64,000 bases of DNA from Octopus vulgaris (taxonomy: Eukaryota), in contig OX597815.1 of assembly GCA_951406725.2 (NCBI GenBank), positions 81,964,001 through 82,028,000 on the forward strand, written 5' to 3'. The notes under the pieces are model-generated. The model saw nothing but the letters and a program-made list of their open reading frames with translations, ran no database searches and was not told the origin of the DNA. A program made the translations under genes and the position numbers. Shown here piece by piece: positions 14,514 through 28,086 of the stretch. The first letter of the stretch is position 1. Every line of letters starts with the position of its first letter.

Positions 14514-15043
14514 TACTATTACTCTGTGATCTGTTCTTTTATATCCATTGGTATGAGTTTTTGTTTCTTTTTGTTCGACTCTTATATTGTCTTTGAGGCG
14601 TCGTCTATTCCAGATTATTTCTTTGATACGTTTCCAACTTTGTTTTATGTTGTTATATTTTTGTTTAGTAACGTGCGAATTTTCAAGTTTTTGAGAATCT
14701 GTTGGTTGCTTATGACTTGTTTCTTTATGCTTTTGTTGCTTTTGTTATTGTTTTAAAACTTCATCAAAGGACTTTAATTGTTGTTTTCGAATTTTTTTTT
14801 TTCGGATCGTTGAGCGTATTTCTTGTTTATCAAATTCACTTATTTTTATGAAAATTGTTATGTAGATTTGTTGAACGCATATATTGTATTTCAGATGGAC
14901 TATGTTGTAGTTGTTGACCAACTTTGAATCGAAAGGAATGTTATTTTATGCTTCGCTGGTCATACGTCCTGTTTTTGGTTTTATGGCCTGGTGATTTTGG
15001 TGATTAGGAATTATAATTTTCTTTGTGTATAAGTAAATGTATT

Positions 15044-15105
<62 letters not shown>

Positions 15106-15540
15106 CACGCGTGTGTGTGTGTATGTGTGAAGTTTAAATTGACTCTTTGGCGTTCGAATTGTGTGTTTGTGTTTATCTATGTATGAAATATTTCCTTATG
15201 GGAGTGCTGTAGTTATAATTTTGGATGTCTGCCCTGTTTGTAATTCATAATTCTTTTAAAGATAAATTTATTTTGTGTCTGCAACGTTATCTGACCTCAT
15301 TTCTTCCAGTTAACAGTCGCATGTGATGTACGTTTATATTTTCTGCAATACATAAGAAGTATACCAGGAAACCATTTAAAATAAGAGGTACGCTCTCTAT
15401 TATTTGCCTGTTCTTGTTTGTGTTTGTTATTTTCGTTTAAATTCCCAATGTGCTTAGATTGGTACGTTGTATTCCTTATGCTATAGAAAGAATACACGTA
15501 TTATGTATATTGTGTATGTGTGTGTATATATATATATATA

Positions 15541-15750
15541 AAGTTAATCCAAACATGAAAACACAAAGAGAAAACACAACAACGCGTGGACTTGGAACAA
15601 GTATAGTGTTATTGGACGCTCAGGAAAGGAAAGAAAGAAGGAGGATTTAACGTTTCGAGCGGAGCTCTTCGTCAGAAACATAGGAAAAGGAAAGATTCAA
15701 AGAAGGGAAGACGGAGGAAAAAAATCGCCAACGGTACACACGCGGTCACA
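15541..15750 (-). mobile_element. ~210-bp PLE-terminus-like repeat (family D) ending in (TA)n
   Basis: Closely similar to 44636-44838 and 54645-54820; contains a minimal HHR. Confidence 0.85.
15645..15679 (-). ncRNA. Minimal type I hammerhead ribozyme
   Basis: GUUU-CUGACGA-A-GAGC-ucc-GCUC-GAAAC-GUU-AAAU; intact core; palindromic AACGUU in place of stem III. Confidence 0.8.
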
Positions 15751-15779
15751 AAGCTTTGGATAACTTTTGCTGGTTGTAT

Positions 15780-16200
15780 TGGTAAAATTTATTCCTAACT
15801 TTCCCCTTTCGGATAGTGTTGCTTTAAAGACTTCATATTTTAAACCAGTTTCCACTCAACGGCCATCACCTTGATCTGCTGAAGTTGCACATATCTTCGG
15901 CTGTATTTTGTGTGCTTCTTGATAAGTTATTGTTTGTTTGACTTGCTTAAAGTTACTTTTGTACAACTGCATCTAACATTTGTTTTGTTCCTGACGAATA
16001 GCTTGCAGTATTTATATTCAGTCTGGGGGGTGCATTTGTCGATTTGTCATAGGAAAGTTTTACATCTGTTGATATGCTCAGGCTGGAGAGCGGGAGTGAC
16101 GTTTCTTCTTCTGGGGCTGTTTTGTTTGTTGTCTATTTGTGTGGCTCTGAATAAACGCATTCGCTATGTGGGGCATATGGCTATGTGAAATTTAAAGTGA
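15780..16200 (-). pseudogene. Decayed Penelope-like RT-to-GIY-YIG linker region
   Basis: With frameshifts: TLKISHSHMPHIANAFI (cf. PLE T.K.SYSCMPN) and MCNFSRSR*WPLSGNW...FKAT (cf. CNCR..CPL.G.CL...YKA). Lies directly upstream of the HHR repeat on the same strand. Confidence 0.5.
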
Positions 16201-17322
16201 GCCTCAATCAAACCAGCCTTACAAGTTTGCGAAGGTTTCAAGAGACCAGGGGGTCTGTTTTCCTTCTCCAATTAAATATAAATTGTGAAGTTAGAGCTGG
16301 CGTGGCTTAGTGGTTAGTGTGTTAGACTCATGATTGTGGTTTTGACTCCTGAACCGGGTGACGCGTTGTATTCTTGAGCAAAACACTTAATTTCACATTG
16401 CTCCAGTTTAAACAGCTATGGGTTAATTAGTATATCTACAGAAGAAAGCCATTAACTGACATTCCAACGGACCCAGAGCAGATCAGGCAATGCATCTTTT
16501 CACCTGCTCATTTCAGCGAATGTAACTCCTTACAAATCCTCCTAACTATTGGACTCATAGCACTTTTTGCACAGACCGATACAAGTTTGAAGGACGAAAG
16601 GGTGGGAGTGACTCTGCGCAAACCAAGCCCACTGTAATAAGGTTTATTGTTCAAGTTGTTCAGTAAGTCAAGACACCAGCACCAACGCCATCACAATTTT
16701 CTTCATAAATCCAGTAGCGATAGAGAAAGGGGCGATAGAGTCAGGTAGAGGACACAACAGGAAGTCTTCAGTTTTGACCCTGCACCCAGGCGGCTATACG
16801 GTGATGGTCGCTTTTCTACAGCCTTAACCATTGAACTAAGAACACTGTGCAGCTGTACCCTCGTTGATCGAACCAACGGGAGAGCCCAACAACAGTACCC
16901 TGCGAAGATATACGTTGATGAGTTGACAGATGGTTTTGGCTGTCACAGAAGAGAACTGTAATCTTAAGGAAGTAAGAGTGAATTATGCACCGTGTTTTGA
17001 CGTGTTGTCTATTGTATACGGTAGACGCTGTTCGCTTGATTCGATATCAGGGCATATCGTCTTAGGCAAATGTAATTCGCTATAGCTTCGTGTGGGCCCC
17101 ATATCATGTCAGTGAAATAGGGCAAACGGAAACTACGTAGAAGTTTGCTGGGTGGATCGAGCCAATTATTCAAAAGGCACGGCGTTTGCCATACACTGGG
17201 TCACATTGGTTCTGCTGCGTGAATGTGGAATATCCAACTACTTAAACATTTATTCAGGAGCAAGTTATTCGGCTGATCGAAAAACTGAGTCGTTCTTGTA
17301 AAACCACTATCATTGAATTTAA

Positions 17323-17744
17323 TATTCTTTTCTACTCTAGGCAAAAGGCCTGAATTTTTGGGGGAGTGGGGTGGGGTGGGTGGGGGATAGGGTCAGTCGA
17401 TTAGATCGACCCCAGTACGTAACTGGTACTTAATTTATCGACCCCGAAAGGATGAATAGCAAAGTCGACCTCGGCGGAATTTGAACTCAGAACGTAAAGA
17501 CAGACTAAATACCTATTTCTTTACTACCCACAAGGGGCTAAACACAGAGAAAACAAACAAGGACAGACAAACGGATTAAGTCGATTATATCGACCCCAGT
17601 GCGTAACTGGTACTTATTTAATCGACCCCGAAAGGATGAAAGGCAAAGTCGACCTCGGCGGAATTTGAACTCAGAACGTAACGGCAGCCGAAATACCGCT
17701 AAGCATTCCGCCCGGCGTGCTAACGTTTCTGCCAGTTCGCCGCC
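17323..17744 (-). mobile_element. SINE family A dimer
   Basis: Two reverse-complement copies of the family A core; head ggcggcgaactggcagaaacgttagc at 17744. Confidence 0.92.
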
Positions 17745-18159
17745 TTTCATTGAAGTTAATATTGACAAAAGCATTGCAAGTGTATGATTTCATGCGTGTC
17801 TGTGTGCTTGCACGTGCTCCAAAATTATTTGTATTTCGCCAGTCTACTTGAATGCTGCTAGTTCACTTTGCCCTGTGACAAATGAAATAATATTTAAGAT
17901 TTTTTATTTTCTGTTTCTTCAGTGGAAGATATTCAAGACAGTCATATAACACAGATTATTGCCTTGCCCTTAAACTTGTAAGAACTTTATTCATACTATA
18001 CGACAGGAAATTCTTCAGTAGAATGGCTTGGTTTAATTGCCCCGTGGCCTTATTTAGTGACCATCCTTTACGTTCTGAGTTCAAATCAAACCAGAATAAA
18101 ATTTCACCATTTGTTCTTCCGGGAATCGATGAAGAGCATACAAATTACGTATTACTATC

Positions 18160-18210
<51 letters not shown>

Positions 18211-18320
18211 GTAGACATGGCACTATTCAACACCCCACTTGTCCCTTGTATTGTATCGTCCCTATTTGTTTTGTGATCGGCCCTTGTGGCCAATAAAAGG
18301 AAATGGCCAATAAAAGGAAA

Positions 18321-18374
<54 letters not shown>

Positions 18375-18480
18375 CATTATTATATTCTTAATTGCTAGAA
18401 ATTCCTTCGAAATATCCAAGAGATTTACCGTTCAGTATTACTACAATACTGAAAGAACTTAATTCGCTTTCCTGTAATAG

Positions 18481-18540
18481 GAAGCACCTCTCAGATCGGG
18501 CCAGTTCTAACTGGCTCGAGGCGACCCTGACTGTTAAAAG
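18481..18540 (+). CDS. Candidate 60-nt internal exon (phase 2/2), KHLSDRASSNWLEATLTVK
   Basis: Acceptor cgctttcctgtaatag, donor AAG|gtaagc, GC-richer unique sequence, only one frame open. Confidence 0.4.
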
Positions 18541-18846
18541 GTAAGCTTTTTTCTAAATGTATTAAAGCCGTAAAGGATCATCAGAATTTCCAATGCCATT
18601 GATTCGATCGATAGCGGGCAGGCTAAATGTCAACTGGCTGAAAGCATCAGTTCTCTGAATAGAATTAAGTACGTATGTATGTATGTATGTATGTATGTAT
18701 GTATGTATGTATGTATGTATGTATGTATGTATGTATGTATGTATGTATGTATGTATGTATGTATCCGTGTGTACTTTCATGAACATGCATCCCACGCAAA
18801 CATTACATCTAATGAGCGAGGAGAGAACAGTGATACATAGATACAA

Positions 18847-18940
<94 letters not shown>

Positions 18941-19083
18941 TAGTATATGCACGCACATGTGTGTGCATATGTTCATGTATGCGTAGTTGTTGTTAGATCG
19001 ATACATAGGTAAAGGGAAAGAGAGAAAGAGAGAGAGAGAGCGGTGGGAGGGAGAAGAGGTCAGAAAACGAGACACACAGATGG

Positions 19084-19138
<55 letters not shown>

Positions 19139-19156
19139 CGCGTGTGTGTATGAGCG

Positions 19157-19193
<37 letters not shown>

Positions 19194-19610
19194 CCGTGTG
19201 TGTGTGCAGAAAGAGAGAATGAAAATAGCAAATGTTAGAGTGTGTCAGAAGGTGGCCTAGAAGCCAGATTTATTTTCTTCTTCAGTAGCTGCTGATTCGT
19301 TGCTTCATTGTAAAAATCAATTCGTAAAAGACAATATTCTTGAACTTTGAGTTGCAAACATGTACGATGAGGGAATGACATAATTTTTCCATTGCAAACG
19401 ACGTATTTATGTTTTTCCTTGTCTTGTCTTTTTCTTTCATCATTTGAATTCTACCTTCAAGGAAAGACCTGGTTTCTAATAAAGAATCATTTGCTGGAAT
19501 TTAAGTAACGAAAACTCTGTTACATGATAAACTTCAGAAAAGTTTTGCTTACACATACACACACGCGTGCACAATCGCTATACATACACATTTCTTATAC
19601 ATTTGTGTGA

Positions 19611-19643
<33 letters not shown>

Positions 19644-19646
<3 letters not shown>

Positions 19647-19930
19647 CCTTCGAAACGGGGAGTAGATGGAAGAGGGACAACTGATGAAGGGGAATATCTT
19701 TATGTCGCATTTTTCTGTTTGTTTTTTTTCGTCGTTCGAAAAAAGTTCGTTTTCTATGTTTTCGTTTCTCATTGTGTTTAACGTTTTTCTGATGTCCTGT
19801 ACCTATATATGCATGTATATATACACATATATGTGTAGGTATGTTCATATATGTATATATGCATATATTTATATATTATTTATATTATTATATGATCGAA
19901 CGCCACGCATCCTTTTCCAAGTAAGTTTTA
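19644..19930 (+). mobile_element. 5'-truncated copy of the permuted-hammerhead repeat
   Basis: CCUUC-GAAA-CGGGG...GGACAA-CUGAUGA-AGGGG (19644-19692), then sequence homologous to 7010-7140. The cleavage strand is replaced by (TA)n. Confidence 0.7.
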
Positions 19931-20278
19931 TCTTATATATATATATAGAAAAAAAAATTACGATAAATGTATATAAAGTTTGCTTTTAGAAGCACTGAGA
20001 TGTATTGAAAGATACAGATAAGGAAATAATTTATTTTCAAACGCAGAATAATGCTGACAAAACAGCAGGAACAGTATAAAATATACATATTTTGCGGCCG
20101 CTGACAAATTTTTTCGCAAAAATATGGATATTTTATCCTGTTCCTACTCTTCTGTCAGCATTGTTCTGCATTTGAAAATAAATTATTTCCTTATCTGTAT
20201 CTTGTATACAAATTTATATTTCTATACGTGTCAGTATATCTGCACGTATGTATGCATACTTGTAGATGTACCTGTATG

Positions 20279-20345
<67 letters not shown>

Positions 20346-20759
20346 GCATGTTGATGCAGACAGGAGAAATAGAACTCAAAATATGAGTATATGTATATAC
20401 TCATATATGTGTTGTGTATTGTCCTTGCACGCATATATGTGCAAGTATATGTATGTACGCAAGTGGGTGTACATGTCTGTGAGTGTGTCAACACATACAC
20501 AGACGCACATGCACGTTACCATACGTGCGTCACTATACGTAGGTGAATCTTAATATTTTAATTTTAATACCTACCTACCTACCTTCGGCAACATCTTTTA
20601 ACCACTAAGTGTCGAAGGGCATCCCTTGACTACGTTTGCGTACATGAAGCTGATAAAATGATAAGACTTGGAAAGCAGCTTCTTGAGCAGCATTCCTTGA
20701 GCAGCATTCCTTGTCTGATAACCTAAGTAGTCGCACGACTCTACCGTAATGCATCAGCA

Positions 20760-21530
20760 GATGAAAGGATGAGGGTATATAAGCAGAAGTCCATGCATGG
20801 ATATATTAGTAGAAAGCTCCGAGGTGATAGTAACATCGATCCCCAAAGCAGCGTATCATGGACCAACAAGCAGATAACTACTTCCAACTTTGAAAAATAT
20901 GCGTTTGCAATCCAGGAATAGAAAATATTAACCAAATACCTGATGCACAAAAGAGAAAGAGATGCAGAGAAAACAGTAAAATGTGACAACCGATGCAGAC
21001 GTTGTAGAGTTAACACCGAAGATATCACCTATATCATAAGCAGTGGTCGGAAAATGTCATCACGTTGTTATAAACATAATGATGTAGCTAGGACACTGTA
21101 TAACGAGATCCGTCGAAAGGATAACCCCGAAGACAAAGAAATAAGAACCTACAGCATGGTAAAAGCCATAGCCACTCATAATAGGAAACAGTGGTGGTGG
21201 AATGTCTCGGTGCAAACCTAAATAGAATGTAAACACAATTGACCTGAAACAGTTGTAGAAATCAGCTGACCAGCGGATGTTAACATAAAACTGAAGAACA
21301 GTGAAAAAGAGAATACCTACGTTGAATGATTGAGAAATCTGCAGATACTCTATCCAGATTGCAAGTTCAGATTTATACCTCTAATTTTGGGGGCCCTGGG
21401 ATATGCAACACACTGCCTAAATACCAATCTTGAGAAACCAGAAAGGAGAAAGCTTATTCGAAGACTACAAATCCAATCTATCACTGGAACTGTAAAAATC
21501 TGTAAAACTTTCCAGAAGTTTATCATTTAA
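20760..21530 (+). mobile_element. RLE-type non-LTR retrotransposon 3' fragment, decayed
   Basis: MHGY...FAIQE...CRRCRVNTEDITYIISS..KHNDVA...WWWNVSVQT..VVEIS*PADVNIKLK..EKENTY..FIPLILGALG. Confidence 0.85.
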
Positions 21531-21537
21531 ATATATA

Positions 21538-22599
21538 CATGGGTTGGACAAAATAATGGAAACACCTAGCACCATAGCATCGTAATTTTGAATATCTATA
21601 AAACCGTCAAAAGCTATTTTATTTTTATGTTTTTTTTTATTTATAATTAGTGTTGCTTAATATGTTTTGCTAAAATTGCTGTTTCCTTTCAGATATCATC
21701 AGAAAAAGGGAATTAAAATTCATTAAAATGACAGATCTATCAGACTTTCAAAGAGACGCTATCGTAACGAAAACAGCCGGAATGTATCGAGAACCTAGTT
21801 GCCATAAAAATTGTTCGCCGAGAGCTGCACAAATCCGGATTTCATGAGAGGGCTGCATTCAGAAACCCACTACTTTCAAAAACAAACATTGGAAATCGTT
21901 TAGAGTGGAGTAAAAACCAACAGAATTGGTCCTTAGAGCAGTGGAAGAATGTTATTTTCTCGGACGATCATCCTTTACCTTAATTCCGACCACCGGCCGA
22001 GTATACGTGCAGAGACAGCCAAAAGAAGCATTTGACCCGACTGCCCTCTTCCAACTGTTAAACATGGAGGAGGATCTGTGATGATATGGGGCGGGGTGGG
22101 GCTATATCTTGGAAATCTGCCGGCCCAATGGTTTCCCTTCATGGCAGAATTAATAGTCAAGACAATTTAAGCATTTTATTTGATCATATTCATCCTATGG
22201 TTGCGGAACTGTTTCCAGCGGGAAACGCAATCCTTCAGGATGATAACGCACCAATTCACACAGCTAAAATTGTTACAGAATCTCATGAGGAACATTCTAG
22301 TAAAGTTGAACACCTTATCCGGCCAACGCAGTCCCCAGATCTCAATAGTATTGAACATTTATGGTGCATTTTAGAAAAACAACTAAGGAGTCGATATCCT
22401 CCACTATCATCACTACAAGAACTGGAGATTGTTTTAGCTGATGAATGTACAAAAATTCCTTTGGAAACAATTCAAACTTTGTACGAGTCTATATCTCGTA
22501 GAATTCAAGCTATAATTACATCCAAAGGTGGTCCTACTCCATATTAAAATAATTGTTTTTGAAATTTTAAGTTGTTTCCATTATTTTGTCCAACCCCTG
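21538..22599 (+). mobile_element. Tc1-like (DD34E) DNA transposon, internally deleted, both TIRs intact
   Basis: TIRs catgggttggacaaaataatggaaaca / tgtttccattattttgtccaacccctg with TA flanks; MTDLSDFQR start, WKNVIFSD, QDDNAPIH and SPDLNSIEHLW motifs; stop at 22547. Confidence 0.95.
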
Positions 22600-22764
22600 T
22601 ATATATAAATTCACATATTATCTCATACCTTCAGTTTGTTGACTAATAACACGATTAAATATGAATATATGTATGGAGTGTGTTGTGCTGTATATGAGCA
22701 TGTCTAGATATGCAAGTATATGCATGACAAAACATACATAAAACAAAACATACAAATATGTTCG

Positions 22765-22795
<31 letters not shown>

Positions 22796-22919
22796 AAACA
22801 AACAAAAATAACCTGTTGATGAAATTCCAATGAAGGAGCGTTGGATCTAGGTTAGAAACCGACTCTCTCTATTGGCAATAAATCTTGAAATAAAACTGAA
22901 TAATGACATACATGCATAA

Positions 22920-22952
<33 letters not shown>

Positions 22953-23285
22953 TATATATCTGTAATTAATAGATGTAGTCCAATAACTGCAGCACGTGAA
23001 AGGTAAAAGATTAATGAGACACACACGCACGTGCGCATACACACACACGCACACACACACACACACGCACACACACATGCAAACGCACATATACACACAT
23101 ACATACATACTCATACGGACATAATTATATATATATGTGTGTATGTGTATACAGTATATATAGTTAAAAAAGTAAATAAAATTGGAATAGGCACAAAAGT
23201 ATATTTTAGAGAATATTTCCAACTTTATATACATTTTTAACCTTAATATTTGATTTATATTGGCTCTTAACATCGTTTCAACTAT

Positions 23286-23316
<31 letters not shown>

Positions 23317-23334
23317 CACACACACATATATCTG

Positions 23335-23623
23335 TATGTATAATTTTATTCCGAGCTTTCATAAGAATCAAGGTGCATAAATCCGTAGGATGCCAGCAAT
23401 GGCTAGGTACTACACACACAACACACACATAGACACACACACACATACGCACGCATACATACACAAACACACACACACATACACACACACACACAACACA
23501 CAAACACACATACACGCACACACATATATATATATATCTATGTATAATTTTATTCCGAGCTTTCATAAGAATCAAGGTGCATAAATTCGCAGGATGCCAG
23601 CAATGGCTAGGTACTACACACAC

Positions 23624-23697
<74 letters not shown>

Positions 23698-23850
23698 ATA
23701 CACACACACACAACATACAAACACACACACATACACGCACACATATATATATATATATCTATGTATAATTTTATTCCGAGCTTTCATAAGAATCAAGGTG
23801 CATAAATTCGTAGGATGCCAGCAATGGCTAGGTACTACACACACAACACA
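23335..23850. repeat. Three copies of a ~80-bp unique unit separated by variable (CA)n spacers
   Basis: gtataattttattccgagctttcataagaatcaaggtgcataaa..ggatgccagcaatggctaggtactacac at ~23338, ~23542 and ~23763. Confidence 0.95.
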
Positions 23851-24728
23851 CACATACACACACACACACACAAACACACATACACAAACACACACACACA
23901 CATACACACACACACACATTGTCTGTCTGTCTTTATGTCCCTCTCTCTCTCTCTCTCTCTCTCTCTTTCACTTAGATACCTTTAAGCATTAGTAACTGAA
24001 TGCGTACTTCTCTATGAATATCAAGTGAATCGTTGCCGTTGTATTTGTGAAAGCTGTGGCTGTTTTCCTCTATGACATTGCTGTCGTTGTGATTGCTGTT
24101 CGTGTCATTGTTGTCGCAATCCCTGTTGTTGACGTTGCTGTTGTTGTTGTTGCTGGTGTTGGTGGCGTAACTGTTTACCGACTCATTGCCTAGGCAGTTA
24201 ACAGGTAATCTTATCTGTCATGACTTTTTTTGCTTTGCCAACCGTACTGTCTGGTACTCGGTAACACAATATCTACGTTCAATCCCTCGACACATCGCTG
24301 CCATCTGAACAGCTGTGAAATGAATCTCGACTGATTTCTTTCTGTGTCCTCCCCCTTGAGGTTTCTAATCACGCTCACTTTTCATGTAATATCTGTAGCT
24401 ATCTCGCAAGATCTATGACGAAAACCTATCCGTCATCATCATTATCATCATCATCGTCGTCGTCGTCATCATCATTAACACCACCTTCACCACCTTCGTC
24501 ATCACCACCTCCATCATCACTCTCCTCTTACTCCCCCTCCTCCTCCTCCTCATCATCACTATATTCACCTTTTCTACCATCACCACGCTCGTCCCCCCAA
24601 AATTCTACCTCCTCAGCATGACCCTTTTTCTCACCCCTTCCGTTTCTTTCTCATCGTTATCATCAACAACCACCACCACCACCACTACGATTGTCACGAC
24701 GACGACGACGACCACCACCACCACCACC

Positions 24729-24759
<31 letters not shown>

Positions 24760-25303
24760 GCAACTACAACAAAGTTTTCTCAACAGCTATTATGCAACCA
24801 ACCGTAACAGCGTGAGCAAAATCAACAGCAACAAGTCTTCACAGACGAGTCAGCTTCTAATAGCTTTTGGTTTTTGTTTCCTATTTTACCTCCTCCTCCT
24901 CCTCCTCCTCCTCCTCCTCATCATCATCATCATCAGTAGCAGCAGCAGCGAAAGCAAAATACAATCTTAATAACGTCAGCGTCGATCATCATCATCATCA
25001 GTCGCTACAAATCGACCGAAAGAGTTAAGAAAAAAACAACAATAAGAAAGCTGCAACAAATCTAGCAGCAGCAGCAGCAGCATCAACAACAACAACAACA
25101 ACAACAACAAAAGCAATAATAAATAAACAGACGTAGCTCTTCAGTAAAGTGTGTCTATGTTTTGTATTGAATTTAAAAATATAAACATAAAAATAGAATA
25201 TTTGTGGTAGAACTGGTAAGCGTTGGACACCACAGTAAGTATCTGCTGGTTTTCAATTGTGCTTCGTTTGTTAAATCATCGTCAACCTCGTCGTGATCAC
25301 CAC

Positions 25304-25353
<50 letters not shown>

Positions 25354-26344
25354 CTATCACCATCATCATCATCATTCTTCAGTTTCGTTATAAAAATCAT
25401 TTGAAGAAGGAAGAAGAGGCAGTACCTTATACCCTTCAAACACCTTGTTAGAATGATGAGCTCCAATTCCCACCCATCCCCACTTTTTAGCACTTCCGTG
25501 GGTTTTTCGTATGAGTGTCTAGCAGTTTATTTGGGACAATAGTTAAGTTAACAAATCTATTTTCGGTATTTCTAGATTTTTAATGTTTCTTCTCTAGGAT
25601 GAAGTGATGCTGGGATGATGCTAGCTCTTACACTAGACAGGGCCAATGAAATTTATTTTTTAGATGTTATTATCGGAATATAAATTTTAATTGTTAGGTT
25701 TATATGCCATCAGTCAAGCATTTATTTTTGCTTGTGAGTATTGTGTTGTCAATGTCTATCTTCACTTCATGCTGCGCTATGAGTATTGTATCAATTATTA
25801 GCCGTCTATTTTGTCGGAGAATTCTGTACAGTTTTCTTGTCTGGTTCTGCGTTGCATCCTGTGGTATAGTGCACTGAATCTGTTTTTGTTGTAAATGCAT
25901 AGAAAGCTGACGAAACAGTGTCGTATTTGTGCGGCCAATATGAATGCCGTAGTCATGAAGATTACGACTGTCACGCTTGCAATCTGTTTGCTATTGCTCG
26001 TAGTTAGTTACCTATATGGAGGATTTTAAATTTAGTCTATTTGTTGTAAATCATTCGTGTCCGTTTTTAGTTTGTACTGTGTTTTATGTAGTTTTTCAAA
26101 AAATGTGCTCGTGAATCCAATTGTTACTAAAAATTTAATTCCTATAATCCACTATGTGTGACGTGTTTTTTTCTCTTATACTTGTAGAGGCCAATTTAGT
26201 TATTGTGTTCCATTTGTGTGTTGATCTGTTAGTTTGTTGGAATAGTTACTGTCGATTAGTGTCCGCTTTAGCCAGTGTGTGTATATATACCAATGTGTGT
26301 GTGTATATATATAAATATATATAAATATATATATTTATATATAT

Positions 26345-26820
26345 ATGCATATTTGGGTTCAGGACGTTACAAAACGTAAGCAACAAGAAATACGAAGGTA
26401 CACTTGGGAATGCAAACAACGAGAGAATCAAAAAGAAAACAAGACAAGTAACATAAAGAAGTACCCTTGATCAGTTGTCGGCTGTCCCTTTACTCCTCAT
26501 TTCGAGCATTTAACGGCAATATGAGGCTTCGAAAGGCAGTTGCTCCCGTGAACCAAAAATAATTTGGGATTTGAAGAGGGTCAAAGTTAGTAACAAAAAT
26601 AGGACAGTGAAGAATACAACAAACCAAACGAAAACAAACATGGAGGGCCGTTAGGCCAGACGAGGTAAAATAACGAAAGGGGAAGAAGGGGAGAAAAAAA
26701 GAATTAGAGATAGGAAAAGAGAGAAAACGAAAGGGGGAGAGAGAGAACAGTACAGGGTAGAGTCGATCGAAATTATTAAGATAAACTTTCTTGGAAATGG
26801 ATGCGTGGCGTTCAATCATA
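26345..26820 (-). mobile_element. ~475-bp non-coding repeat unit carrying a permuted hammerhead
   Basis: Starts tatgattgaacgccacgcatcc (as at 19891), ends in a TA-rich tract; homologous 3' part. Confidence 0.65.
26462..26526 (-). ncRNA. Non-circularly permuted hammerhead candidate (G8C core mutation)
   Basis: RNA: CCUCA-U-A-UUGCCG-uuaaa-UGCUC-GAAA-UGAGG-...-CGACAA-CUGAUCA-A-GGGUA. Confidence 0.7.
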
Positions 26821-26929
26821 TAATAATATAAATACGATATATATTACTCCCATTAAATTTATATCGGTTTGTGCTCAAAAATATTGTTTTGTTGATACTT
26901 TCGCCGGAACCGGTTTCATATGTCCCTAG

Positions 26930-28086
26930 TTAACTAAGTTTGAAAAGAACAAACGATGACATTCTAGGCTAGATATTTTCAGGTTTTTGTTTGAGAGTGA
27001 CGACCTGTAATTTTTAACAATTTAAAGAGGGTATTGTTTCTGCTCTTCATCATTGGTTATCAGTTTGTTGTATTCCTCCATTGGTCGCACACCTCCTTCC
27101 GCAATGTCATTTTCCACTTTGAGTCCATATGCGATATCTCTTGCATTCGCATAACTTTCATCATCATTCCATTCTTCAGCATCTTTTTCAAGAAAAGTGC
27201 AAGGCACCTCTAGAATTTCGAAGATTCTTTTTGTGTTGGCTGTAACGAAATCCTGCAGTTGTTTCTGCCCAGCTGATCCAGGAATTATTGATGCTGGTTT
27301 GCTCGGTTTTGAGTCAACTTATTTTGTGTTTTGTTTCATGCGAAACAGCTGAATTAAAAAGTACAAGCGCCACAAGCTCCTCAGAGAGGTACCACAAATG
27401 TCTCAAAAGCTTATTGAGTGCAGCACTTGCAATTTTGTCATCCTTTTGATTGTAGAGCTGCAGATTTTGCACAAAATGCAAATCTGAACGGGAGGGCGCA
27501 TGAGGGTATGGATGCCAGGTACCACGATCTGATGTATATCGCAGCTGAAAAGCAGCAAACTTCTCTCAGTCCTTTTCCCTCTCTCTCAGTTAGTTTAAAC
27601 TGAGATTTAAACATCCAAATTTCAATGCAGTAAATTAGCTTGGTCATCCCTCGAGCTCTGTGATAAGATCTGAGTCTTTTCAAAGCTGATTCCTGACTTG
27701 GGGGTACTACCGAGGAAAATGAGCTTTAGCTCGAGCAATTTCTTGTAGTCACCAGCTTGAGCAAATTGAATGATTTCTTCAGCATCTGAGATTTTCTCTG
27801 TAATGTTATGTGTTTGGTAATTGTTCTTGTCAATTTCCATCCACTTTGATTTGAATCTCTTAAATTGTTATATGTCAGGGACAGTAGACGATGGCAAAGA
27901 GACAGAAAATGTACACTAAATACAAACTGGAAAATAACAATATACAAAATGTTCAGTGGATGGTAGCAACCTCTAAAATGTCTTCACTTGTGCTAGAATT
28001 TCGCATGCTGAGTTTTTGCACTAAATTAAATAAAATTAGAGGGTGTCTTCAAGTTTTTGAAATGGTAAGTTATTTTGCATCGCCCT
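26930..28086 (-). mobile_element. Decayed DNA-transposase remnant (possibly Sola2-like)
   Basis: Frameshifted pieces YHRARGMTKLIYCIEIWMFKSQFKLT, HLWYLSEELVALYFF, GLKVENDIAEGGVRPMEEYNKLITNDEEQKQY; possible terminus GGGCGATGC at 28085. Superfamily assignment is tentative. Confidence 0.6.

Noticed and set aside
16440-17000. Possible RTE-like LINE 5' region (RWNVS resembling the APE start)
   Set aside because: Only one short motif; insufficient to call.
23335-23850. CRISPR array
   Set aside because: Eukaryotic context, 80-bp units, microsatellite spacers, no cas genes.
24193-24203. 11-nt microexon cctag|GCAGTTAACAG|gtaatc
   Set aside because: Weak splice context and frame-shifting length; easily chance.
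25500-26220. Possible GIY-YIG relic (NKCLTDGI)
   Set aside because: Could not extend similarity beyond a few residues.
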